A model generated the notes under the pieces. It saw only the letters and a list, made by a program, of their open reading frames with translations, ran no database searches and was not told the origin of the DNA. A program made the position numbers and the translations under genes. Positions 1 through 8,407 of a stretch of 20,000 bases of DNA are shown here, piece after piece (position 1 is the first letter of the stretch; each line of letters begins with the position of its first letter). The DNA is from Candidatus Freyarchaeum deiterrae (GTDB lineage: Archaea > Asgardarchaeota > Jordiarchaeia > Jordiarchaeales > Jordiarchaeaceae), in contig CP147778.1 of the NCBI GenBank assembly GCA_037305845.1, positions 1,418,138 to 1,438,137 of the forward strand, in the 5' to 3' direction.

Positions 1-500
1 AGGCGTACTATGGTACTGGAAAAGGTAAAACCACAGCTTCGCTAGGACTAGCCTTTCGTGCCACAGGGCACGGGTTTAAGGTACACATGATACAATTCAT
101 GAAAGGAGAAGTGAATTACGGAGAGATAAAAGCCTCTAAAAATTATCCCAACATTAAAATAACACAGTTCGGAAGACCGGAAATAATCGCAGAACCAGAA
201 AAAGTTGACATAGAACAGGCAAAAGAAGCATTAGAACTAGCCAAAAAAACAATCGAAGAAGACGAGTACGACGTTCTTATCCTAGACGAGGTGGGAGTAG
301 CCATTGAAATGGGATTAATAAACGTCAAAGACGTTATTGAAATATTGAAAAAAAAGCCCCCACAGATGGAAATTGTTCTTACCGGCAGATACATGCATCC
401 CAAACTACTAGAAATTGCTGACCTAGTAACAGAGATGAGAATGGTAAAACACCCCTTCGTCACCCAAGGATTACAAGCCAGAAAAGGCATCGACTTCTAG
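1..500 (+). CDS. cobO: Cob(I)yrinic acid a,c-diamide adenosyltransferase (CobO/BtuR family), 5'-truncated by window start
   Basis: The open frame extends to the window edge (AYYGTGKGKTTASLGLAFRATGHGFKVHMIQFMKG...). It has a P-loop GTGKGKTT, YDVLILDEVGVAIEMGLI and EIVLTGRYMHPKLLEIADLVTEM, all typical of CobO/BtuR. Confidence 0.9.
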   Translation, partial: AYYGTGKGKTTASLGLAFRATGHGFKVHMIQFMKGEVNYGEIKASKNYPNIKITQFGRPEIIAEPEKVDIEQAKEALELAKKTIEEDEYDVLILDEVGVAIEMGLINVKDVIEILKKKPPQMEIVLTGRYMHPKLLEIADLVTEMRMVKHPFVTQGLQARKGIDF

Positions 501-531
501 GAAAAATGGGTGAAGAGAAAACTTGTACTAA

Positions 532-1302
532 TTAGACGTGACTAACAAGCCAATCCACTATAGTCTTGAAGACTCTTTTTCTAACGGAAGGCGGAGTAAG
601 ATTGTGGTCCGCGTCAAGAATTATTAGTTCTTTTGGTTCCTTAGCCTTCTCGTACAAGGCTTTCACACCTTCTAGGGGTATTAATTCATCTTGAGCTCCT
701 GCTACAATAAGAAGAGGCTTCGGAGAAATCTTATGCACGAGTTTTATAGGATTGTATTCTTTAGCTTCCTCTCTAAGAAGAGAGAGTAAGTTAGGATAAT
801 TTAGACCTACAACTTCTCCTGGAAGAAAGTATTCCATAGAGTTGATAGTCATTTCGAATAAAGGGTTACTAAACATCAGCTCTGTATCAAAAACAGGAGC
901 TCTTACTGCAACCGCTTTAACATGATTATCCTCAGCTGCAAAACATATAGCCACCCCACCACCCATGCTTTCCCCGTAGAGACCTATACGGGATTTATCG
1001 ACAAAATCGAGTTTGGTAAGATAATTTATAGCATTTCTGCAATCAGTTATCTCCCCCTTAAAACTGAATGGACCCTCGAAATCAGGAGATGTACTTTCTC
1101 GATGCCCACGGAAATCAAAGCACAGGTAAACATAGCCCATTCTCGCTAGGCTCAAACCAATTTCGGTCTTGTTCGCGTCTCCTGGGAATCCGTGAAGATA
1201 GCAGACAGCGGGGAAAGGAGATTCATGGGGCGAGGAGGGTATCAATATATCACCAACAATATTTATCCCATCACTTACAAAACTTATTCGTTGGTGTTTC
1301 AA
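532..1302 (-). CDS. alpha/beta hydrolase (dienelactone hydrolase / S9-like)
   Basis: ORF with the nucleophile elbow GLYGESMGG, a DFRGHRES segment, and late acid/His motifs (GAQDELIP...DADHNL). Confidence 0.85.
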   Translation of the reverse strand: MKHQRISFVSDGINIVGDILIPSSPHESPFPAVCYLHGFPGDANKTEIGLSLARMGYVYLCFDFRGHRESTSPDFEGPFSFKGEITDCRNAINYLTKLDFVDKSRIGLYGESMGGGVAICFAAEDNHVKAVAVRAPVFDTELMFSNPLFEMTINSMEYFLPGEVVGLNYPNLLSLLREEAKEYNPIKLVHKISPKPLLIVAGAQDELIPLEGVKALYEKAKEPKELIILDADHNLTPPSVRKRVFKTIVDWLVSHV

Positions 1303-1476
1303 TTTATTCGCCTGTTGATTTGGTAAATCCGAATTTGATTTTGATGTTGTGGAATATTGGCGGGTAATTTCTTAAATTTATTGTTTGGCGTAGGTTGATG
1401 AAAATAGAAATTTAAGAAAGAGGCGTTTAGGATTTATTAGTGTCTTGTGTAAAGCTTGTTGAGGATTTGGGTAGGA

Positions 1477-2007
1477 ATGGAAAACTTATCAGCTTTGGAG
1501 AGTGAGTGGTATATTCTTAACGAGATGCTTGGCGATCTGAAATCTAGGAAGATGCAAGTCCCTGTGAATGTCGTGGAGAATTTAAGGTATACTCGTTTCA
1601 TAATTACGCATTACACGGAGTCCACGGAGGGAGAAACACACTCACATGAGGATTATCTTATGGATTTAGAAGTAGCTCTAAATAATGTAAAGGCGGCACT
1701 GTTTGCTACAGCTCAGGAATTGGGTGAGGACTATGTTGCTCTATGGAAGAAGAAAATTGATGAGGCCCCACTGAATCCTCCGCCACAGCGTAAAAAGACT
1801 TTTGTTAAGGGAGTGCCTAGAGACAGCGGATTAGACTTTGTGCGTATTAGGTTTGATAGGGTTATACCAGAATCGGAATTGACACATGTCGCCAAAAAGT
1901 ATAAAGTCAGCATAGAGTTAGAGGAGAAAGAAAAAATGGCCGTTGTGTCGGGCGCTCGAGAGAATGTTAAGGAAGCAATTCAAGAGATAGCAAAAAAATA
2001 TTTATAG
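1477..2007 (+). CDS. Conserved archaeal hypothetical protein (resembles DUF2096 family)
   Basis: ORF 1456..2007. ATG at 1477 is a more likely start than TTG at 1456. The family name is from memory of N-terminal/C-terminal features, not a search. Confidence 0.6.
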   Translation: MENLSALESEWYILNEMLGDLKSRKMQVPVNVVENLRYTRFIITHYTESTEGETHSHEDYLMDLEVALNNVKAALFATAQELGEDYVALWKKKIDEAPLNPPPQRKKTFVKGVPRDSGLDFVRIRFDRVIPESELTHVAKKYKVSIELEEKEKMAVVSGARENVKEAIQEIAKKYL

Positions 2008-2037
2008 ATTGTTATTGGTTTCTAAATTAGATTGGTT

Positions 2038-2835
2038 TTAGGGTAATTCCTTCTCTAGTCTTTCTTTTATTTTTATGATTTGTTTTATGGATGCAGATTC
2101 GGGGGAGCTATCTAACGGTGCTTCATCGTGCAAATCCGCTTTGATTATTTCACGATCGTAGGGAATCACGGCGATAAGTTCTAGCCCCAATTCCTTGCTA
2201 GCCTTCTGCAAAAATTTAGCTTCTTCATCATCAGCAACTTTATTTCCAACTATGAAGAGTTTCTGGACGCCTAATCCTTCTGCAAGCTCTTTGATCCTTT
2301 TAGCGAGATCCAGGGAACGTGATCCAGGCTCCACAACTATTAACATGGCGTCTACTGCTTTCGCTGTTCCCCGTCCTAAGTGCTCTATCCCAGCCTCCAT
2401 GTCCATAACTACTATTTCGTCTCTTTTAAGCACTATATGAGACAATAGAGCTCTTATGAGGGCGTTGCCCGGACACATACATCCTCCGCTTGGTTGTGTA
2501 ACTGTACCCATTACCAGCAGCTGGACTCCATCTGGGCCTATAACCTTGAAGCGGTCTGGAATATCAGCTACCTTAGGGTTGATTATGAAGACGCCCCCCG
2601 AAGAACCAGGCTTCGCACCTGTACGTTCCTCCACAAGTTCATTCATCTCAGAGATAGGGGTTACTTTCTCCATGGTTTCGCGGGCAATACCCAGCGCCTT
2701 GTAAAGATTCATACTGGGATCCGCATCAATTGCAAAAACTTTTAATCCTTCTCTTCCAAAAAGGCGTGCTAAACTTCCAGCCACAGTGGTTTTTCCTACT
2801 CCTCCTTTGCCGGCTACTGCGATTTTAAGACCCAA
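2038..2835 (-). CDS. CooC-like nickel/CODH maturation ATPase (ParA/MinD superfamily)
   Basis: N-terminal deviant Walker A KGGVGKTT, DADPSMNLYKALGI, CMCPGNALIR, and VVMDMEAGIEHLGRGT. Confidence 0.8.
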   Translation of the reverse strand: MGLKIAVAGKGGVGKTTVAGSLARLFGREGLKVFAIDADPSMNLYKALGIARETMEKVTPISEMNELVEERTGAKPGSSGGVFIINPKVADIPDRFKVIGPDGVQLLVMGTVTQPSGGCMCPGNALIRALLSHIVLKRDEIVVMDMEAGIEHLGRGTAKAVDAMLIVVEPGSRSLDLAKRIKELAEGLGVQKLFIVGNKVADDEEAKFLQKASKELGLELIAVIPYDREIIKADLHDEAPLDSSPESASIKQIIKIKERLEKELP

Positions 2836-3005
2836 GCAATGACCTCCGGGTTGATGTTTTTCTCTTTTTGTTTTTACCAGAAGGTGGGTTTTGCTTAATA
2901 ACTTTTTGAGGTTTAGGATAGGAGTGGTTAATCCTTAAGTCCGTTAAATTATTTTAGTAGAGTAGTGTTAGGATTTATGGCTTTTATGCATAGAAATGAA
3001 ATTAA

Positions 3006-3473
3006 TTGTATGGTGGTCTTATGGGTCAGGAACATGGTTTTTTGAGTAGGGAGATTAGAGCAGGGATTGAAGATTTTTTGAAGGGAGATTTGAGGTTATC
3101 TGAAAGTATGAAGTTTAAACAGAAAAAAAATGAAAATGCTGTTATTGTTACCACCAATATTTATTTAAAAGAGAAATCTGAGCTCCAAGAATTTTTTTTA
3201 CATATTTCTGCTGCTGTAGAATCTATTATTAAGAAACATTTGGCGCTTAATGGTGAAATAATAAAATTAAGCGCCGAGAAGGGAACGGTTAGCGACAGGG
3301 GAGAAATTTGGTTTGAGATAGTTGAAGGAGTGGTGTTTGAGGTTTATTGCTTCACCTGTAAGTCGATAAGCTTTGTAAGAGTCCTGCATGAAAAGCAGCT
3401 CTATGGAGAAAAAAATGAGTGGATAAGTTTAGACATAGACGAGTATTTGGATTCGCAATGGTTTGAAGAGTAG
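3006..3473 (+). CDS. Hypothetical protein
   Basis: 155-aa ORF with no overlapping better alternative. No family recognised. Confidence 0.5.
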   Translation: MYGGLMGQEHGFLSREIRAGIEDFLKGDLRLSESMKFKQKKNENAVIVTTNIYLKEKSELQEFFLHISAAVESIIKKHLALNGEIIKLSAEKGTVSDRGEIWFEIVEGVVFEVYCFTCKSISFVRVLHEKQLYGEKNEWISLDIDEYLDSQWFEE

Positions 3474-3568
3474 GGAGATTTTTACTATTGAAGTCACAAA
3501 AATTTTATTTCAAGCCCTACTCGTACGAGAATTATAATCTCTTTATTAGGAGAGGATGATATTGCTAA

Positions 3569-4576
3569 CTATTTTCTTTTCGAAGTTTTCGGTGCAGTTT
3601 TAGGTGTTACTTTCGGCTCAGGCTTGGGTGCAGTTCCGGGTTTTGGTTTTTGTTCTGTTTTCGGTATTGCTTTTGGTTCTGGCTTTGCGAGTTCATCTCC
3701 ACCTAGCTCAAAGAAGAATATTCTTTCTGGTTTAAATTGTGATGGACTTGGGGCTTTTTCTACTTTAATTTGTCCCTTGATGAGTTCTATGTCTCCTGTA
3801 AGAGGATTCATTATGAATTCTTTCTCTTCGGTTTTCCCATCATGGGATGGAATTTTTACTTTTATTAGTCCATCTTCGAATTGCCATTCGAAAGTTATTA
3901 GTGGTTTCCATTGTCCTTGTTTTCCCATTACGTATAGTTTGGGTATCGCTTTTGGATTTTCATGCACATCCTCCATCAACGAGCTGAGTTTCGAGAAGGT
4001 TTTTTCTGTCCCATCGGGATAGGTGGCTTTAAATGGAGGAATGTACTCTACCAGGAAAAAATTTTGTTTTTCATCAATCATGGGATAAGACATATTGGTG
4101 GCTGTGATAAGAGATGTTCCCAGTTCTAACTCGAAGTTTATGAGAAACGTTGTTTCCGCTACTTCGTACAGCTCTTCGGTAAGTTTCTGAGCGTTAAATT
4201 TGATTTCGCTCCAGCTTAGTCCAAGCTTGAAGGAAGGGGCGCCCCCCTGTTCTTCGGCTTCGGATAAAGTTTGAATAAAGTTTTTCTCAGGTTTATTTTT
4301 GGAAACTGTTTTTTTATAAAAATCCTCTAGTTTTTTCTCATGCTCCTCATCACAGTAGAGTTCAACCATGATGTCGAGACGTTTTAATTCACCTTTTTTA
4401 CCGCTCAACATATCTTGTATATCAGCTGCTTTTAACGTGTCTCTGAGCCTCTTCACCGCGCCTCCGGTGAGGGCGAGTTTTCTGTAAAGTTTTCTATGCG
4501 CGGCTATTGTGTTGTATAAGGAATCGGAAATTGGGGGACGCGTTTCCTCCAAATATAATCGTTGGGTCTTTTCCAT
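3569..4576 (-). CDS. Hypothetical protein with Lys/Pro-rich low-complexity C-terminus
   Basis: 335-aa ORF. The tail KPEPKAIPKTEQKPKPGTAPKPEPKVTPKTAPKTSKRK looks disordered. Confidence 0.65.
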   Translation of the reverse strand: MEKTQRLYLEETRPPISDSLYNTIAAHRKLYRKLALTGGAVKRLRDTLKAADIQDMLSGKKGELKRLDIMVELYCDEEHEKKLEDFYKKTVSKNKPEKNFIQTLSEAEEQGGAPSFKLGLSWSEIKFNAQKLTEELYEVAETTFLINFELELGTSLITATNMSYPMIDEKQNFFLVEYIPPFKATYPDGTEKTFSKLSSLMEDVHENPKAIPKLYVMGKQGQWKPLITFEWQFEDGLIKVKIPSHDGKTEEKEFIMNPLTGDIELIKGQIKVEKAPSPSQFKPERIFFFELGGDELAKPEPKAIPKTEQKPKPGTAPKPEPKVTPKTAPKTSKRK

Positions 4577-4666
4577 TTATAATCTTCTCCTGAACGGATT
4601 CTGAATCAGAAGTGTGTGTTATTAATATTATATTATGTAAGCACAAATACAAAAGTATTCTCCAAC

Positions 4667-5452
4667 TTACGCTAAAATAGACCCATAAATTACTAGGAAG
4701 ATTAACATAATAGCATATGACGAAATGAACGCAGCAGTCGTAGATAGCTCGTTTACCTGCCGGATCCCTAGCGCTATTATAAATGCCGCCCAGAGCCAGC
4801 AAGCGAACTCTATAATTGCAACAACATTCCAAACCGCGGACATGAAAACAAGGGTTATAGATATTCCTGCCTGGAGGAGATTAGCGCCAACTGGAATAAC
4901 TGTTGAAGGCAGGCTTGTAAAGAGAATTATAACGGATATAGCTCTACCTATGAGTACCGGCGTGTAAGCATAGCCGATTATTGATAAATCCCTTTTGTAG
5001 CTGCTCTTTTTTCCCACTAATTTGAACGGAAGCCAGTAGAGGAAACCAATAAACAGAAACTGAATGAAGACCAACACAGCATTTGAGAATATTCTGCCTA
5101 AAATGGCTCCATTGCCCAAAGCACTAAGAATCCAATAATCCCCGAAAGGAAAAATATGATTCCACCCTGCGGCATAGTAGAGGGCAAGGCCAAGGACGTT
5201 AAGCAAATATATTATAAAAGGTCCTGCAGCGTCAGGAGCTCTTGAAATATCGTAAAAGGCTTGGCTAGGGGCAATTATGGCTTTAGCTATTCGAACCGGA
5301 AAGGGCATTGCACTAATTGGTTCTTTTTCAGGCCTTTTGAGTAAAGGAAGCAGTCTCTCTAGAGTTTCTTCAGCTAACCGGTAATTACAATCCGGACAAA
5401 CTTCTTCATCTGCTGCAACAAGTGCACCACACCTCGGACAACTCATGGTCAT
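4667..5452 (-). CDS. Zinc-ribbon plus Yip1-domain membrane protein
   Basis: CPRCGA...CPDCNYRL at the N-terminus followed by several hydrophobic segments typical of archaeal Yip1-domain proteins. Confidence 0.7.
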   Translation of the reverse strand: MTMSCPRCGALVAADEEVCPDCNYRLAEETLERLLPLLKRPEKEPISAMPFPVRIAKAIIAPSQAFYDISRAPDAAGPFIIYLLNVLGLALYYAAGWNHIFPFGDYWILSALGNGAILGRIFSNAVLVFIQFLFIGFLYWLPFKLVGKKSSYKRDLSIIGYAYTPVLIGRAISVIILFTSLPSTVIPVGANLLQAGISITLVFMSAVWNVVAIIEFACWLWAAFIIALGIRQVNELSTTAAFISSYAIMLIFLVIYGSILA

Positions 5453-5707
5453 ATGAACTTCTCCATTGTTTAATGGAATATTTCGCTTTGGCTTCCCTAA
5501 TCAGACTTGATGAGTTGAATTACCCTTAGATGGAAAATTTCGTTCCCAATTTAAATGAACACTGGAATCGCAGGTTTTCGGTATTTAGCCTTGAAACCAA
5601 GAGTACAAGTACTCACCATTTGTGGAGAACTTTAGTGAATTAATAGACGAGAGTGAATATATTTTTTCTGTTTATTATAAATTGGCGCCAAAACACATCT
5701 AACAGAC

Positions 5708-6355
5708 TTATTTCAAAATTTTTCCGGTTTTCATGAACCATAAGTATAGGTCTAATTCCCCAAGAGATAGACCCACCCTTTCACTCAACATTTCCAATTT
5801 TTGCTCTATTTCAAGGTATTTTTTTCTGGTCAATGTTTTAGGAATTTCACTAATTAACCCATATTCAAGCATAACTCTTAGGATGTGCCTATCGAGTATG
5901 GCAACATTCTTAAAGCCAACATTTCTAAGAAAGTGGCTAGCCTCTTTGTAGCCTAAACCCATAACATTCTTGACCAACCATTCTCTAGCTACCCTTTCAT
6001 CAGAAAAACTAGTAATAATTTCTTTGATATTGAGAAAATCTCTTGCACAAACAATAAAATCAGCTCTTCTCTCTGAAAATCTATGACCCTCTTCCCTAAG
6101 TTTGCAACAAAGATTTTCTTGGGGCAGTCTTAAGAAATCCTCACAGTTTAGATCTCTTTGAATTTTTAAACCAAGCTCAGCGCTAGAATACGCCGTTAAA
6201 ATACAAAAACAAAGCTCCGAAAACCACTCTTCATTTCCCTTATCATGAAGCCCCTTAAAATCACTCATCCGCTTGGAAATTTGTCCACTTACTGAACCAG
6301 CTTTCAGCACATTTACTTTCTTAACCAAATCGTCTATTCCCAAGAGGGACACCAT
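5708..6355 (-). CDS. ogg: N-glycosylase/DNA lyase (archaeal Ogg2-type 8-oxoguanine DNA glycosylase)
   Basis: HhH-glycosylase signature VMGLGYKEASHFLRNVGFKNVAILDRHIL and the C-terminal YLWFMKTGKILK. Confidence 0.88.
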   Translation of the reverse strand: MVSLLGIDDLVKKVNVLKAGSVSGQISKRMSDFKGLHDKGNEEWFSELCFCILTAYSSAELGLKIQRDLNCEDFLRLPQENLCCKLREEGHRFSERRADFIVCARDFLNIKEIITSFSDERVAREWLVKNVMGLGYKEASHFLRNVGFKNVAILDRHILRVMLEYGLISEIPKTLTRKKYLEIEQKLEMLSERVGLSLGELDLYLWFMKTGKILK

Positions 6356-6444
6356 TACTAGATTATAAAAAAGGAAACCCCACTTTCATCTAAAATTAAT
6401 AGAAACGAACAAGTACCAAATATAATTATTTTTTGAAAATTTTT

Positions 6445-6711
6445 CTAGAATATACCAATTTCGGTTGCCACATCAATCGCATTGTTTTCTGATGAAAGTT
6501 TTACGAAGGCCTTTTTCTTACCCCCGGGAAGAATCAGGGTAGTCACTTTATCAACCTTCACATTGTAGAGCTCTTCTACAGCCCTCTTTATACTCGTCTT
6601 ATTAGCGGTTCGATACACTAGAAAAACTATCTTATTTTGGGATTCTATCAGTTCCAACGCAGATTCCGTGGTTACAGGCCTTATTATAACCTTGTAAGGA
6701 TTAAAACCCAT
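6445..6711 (-). CDS. rpl23: 50S ribosomal protein L23
   Basis: PYKVIIRPVTTESALELIE...NKIVFLVYRTANKTSIKRAVEELYNVKVDKVTTLILPGGKKKAFVKL. Confidence 0.93.
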   Translation of the reverse strand: MGFNPYKVIIRPVTTESALELIESQNKIVFLVYRTANKTSIKRAVEELYNVKVDKVTTLILPGGKKKAFVKLSSENNAIDVATEIGIF

Positions 6712-6924
6712 TTGACTTGTCTCCTACATTATAACAATGCTCTGTAAAGCAAGAGCAGAGCCCTTAATTAAATTTTTCTTATCGAAAAGCCTTCGAACCA
6801 AATTAACCATCTACCCAAGAACACAAAAAGCCACATCTTCATATGTAGAATTACAAATTTTAGATGTTCACCTTAACAAATAAAGACTGAAACATAAAAA
6901 GAATCGGTAGAGCATAATAGCCTC

Positions 6925-7806
6925 TTATTTTGAAGTGTTTTCGCGATACATATTCAAGACAGCTAATGCTGCTGATACTGCTTCCTCAGTTCTGACAGTT
7001 CGGGTTGCCTGGTTAGGTATAAAGTTTACCAAGAAATCCCCGATCTCCTGTGGGCTCTTTTTCTCCCTCTCAAGGAGTTCCTTTAATCCCTGATAAGGCC
7101 CGCCAAAAACTAAAATAAGTTTCCACGCATCTTTCCATCTTTCTAAAATCTTCTCCGAAACATCCCTGAAAGCAGTACCATATTTAGAGGTTAAAATAAT
7201 CAACGCCGGACGAAGCTTTTGAAGAGTCGAACCCAGAGAATCTCTAGAAATCGTAACCGAGTACCCCCAATAATCCCGAATCTCATCCGGATTCGCCTCC
7301 TCTAAGTACAGCTCAGTATTTTTCACAACCACCTTAACGGTAACCCGGCTGTTCATTGGTAAATTCGCCCCTATGAGTCTCTGAGGTTGCTCCACCCCAA
7401 TATCCACCAAAGTCCCTTCTGAATCATTCACAACAACCACACCCTCTCTAAACTCTCCATTACGCAAATCCGTTTTCCTACTCTGAAGAGGGTGATGAGG
7501 AGATGCAAGGGGGGGAAGAACCCCCGCGTACTTCAAAAGAGGTGACGGAGGAAAAAGACGTTTCTTTAAATACTGAGGCGCCTCCATATAATCCAAAATC
7601 TTCTTAATCAGAATCAAATCCTCTCTCTGCTCACTATAACTATGATCCGCATAAAGCAAAATCTCAGATACCCTAAAAATAGCAGCCAAACGCCCCACCT
7701 GCCCCACCTTCAGAGTTTTAAGCCTCAAATTCGGCGCATCCGAAATCAAAGAACCGGGAAGAACAAGTTTAATATCCAAATATTTCAATCTAGGCAACTC
7801 TAACAC
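6925..7806 (-). CDS. Putative SPOUT-class RNA methyltransferase (COG2106 family)
   Basis: KVGQVGRLAAIFRVSEILLYAD near the N-terminus, VGVEQPQRLIGANLPMNSRVTVKV, and the C-terminal LVFGGPYQGLKELL plus VNFIPNQATRTVRTEEAVSAALAVLN. Confidence 0.85.
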   Translation of the reverse strand: MLELPRLKYLDIKLVLPGSLISDAPNLRLKTLKVGQVGRLAAIFRVSEILLYADHSYSEQREDLILIKKILDYMEAPQYLKKRLFPPSPLLKYAGVLPPLASPHHPLQSRKTDLRNGEFREGVVVVNDSEGTLVDIGVEQPQRLIGANLPMNSRVTVKVVVKNTELYLEEANPDEIRDYWGYSVTISRDSLGSTLQKLRPALIILTSKYGTAFRDVSEKILERWKDAWKLILVFGGPYQGLKELLEREKKSPQEIGDFLVNFIPNQATRTVRTEEAVSAALAVLNMYRENTSK

Positions 7807-7942
7807 ACCAAAAACTTTTCATCAACACATTATATTCTCCACTAACAAAAAGTTATATGCTTGACTCAAGCTAAGCCGAACTAAACAAAAGAAAAGCAAA
7901 AGCCCTACTTTCACACTCAGAAGTTGAAAATTACAGAAAAAT

Positions 7943-8157
7943 GGTGGGGACGGAGAGATTTCCAAGGAGAAACAGAGTTTCCCATTTTGAACTCCCGACT
8001 AACAGGTTTCTTCAGCTCACTGCTCCAGAAGTTCATCATCTTCTGGTCAGCAAACCTGATTATTATCATTGCCTCTGGAGCCTGCCGTGCTTCTTAGCCG
8101 AGTTCAGAACAACCAAACTATTGTCCCGAACAACTCTGACTACACTACGTCCCCACC
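7943..8157 (-). ncRNA. Candidate structured RNA of about 215 nt, unassigned
   Basis: Inside AT-rich non-coding DNA, GGTGGGGACG (7943-7952) is perfectly complementary to CGTCCCCACC (8148-8157). Nested within are 8105-8094/8002-7989 (12 bp, 2-nt bulge), CAGGTTT/AAACCTG (8058-8052/8009-8003) and CCAGAAG/CTTCTGG (8046-8040/8031-8025). A T-run follows on the minus strand (about 7940-7936). Strand is preferred, not proven. Confidence 0.45.
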
Positions 8158-8380
8158 GAAATGGGTTAGGCAGCAACACACCAAACATGGTGCGTGTAAA
8201 AATGATAAGTGCAAGAATTACATAAAGTTTTTGTTTCCCTCCTCTTTTGCCTCTCAAACCCCGCACACCTAATTTCAGAACACAAAACCATTACAATAAA
8301 CCATAAAACATCAAACCAGTAAGCAATAAAAAGCCACAAAAATCAAAAAAGTCCAAAAATAAACAAACACACAAAACCGC

Positions 8381-8388
8381 AAAAAAAA
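8381..8388 (-). terminator. Oligo-T terminator for the permuted 5S transcript
   Basis: Run of eight T on the minus strand about 20 nt after the end of the BHB outer stem. Confidence 0.55.
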
Positions 8389-8407
8389 CACGAAATTAGG
8401 AATGCGG

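Noticed and set aside
2195-2745. Plus-strand ORFs (2195..2440, 2456..2704, 2494..2745) within the CooC-like gene
   Set aside because: Shadow ORFs opposite a well-supported ATPase gene.
7943-8157. Assignment of the structured RNA to SRP RNA or RNase P RNA
   Set aside because: It has GGAGCAG but lacks the SRP GGAA-capped helix 8 context and the RNase P conserved P4 sequences, so it was left unassigned.
8148-8157. BHB/permutation signature at the closing stem of the 7943-8157 RNA
   Set aside because: Offset pairing with 3-nt bulges was checked next to the 10-bp stem and does not form, so there is no support for circularisation.
7941-8272. ORFs 7941..8225 (+), 8066..8266 (-) and 8069..8272 (+)
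   Set aside because: They are mutually overlapping with no recognisable motifs and coincide with the candidate structured RNA.
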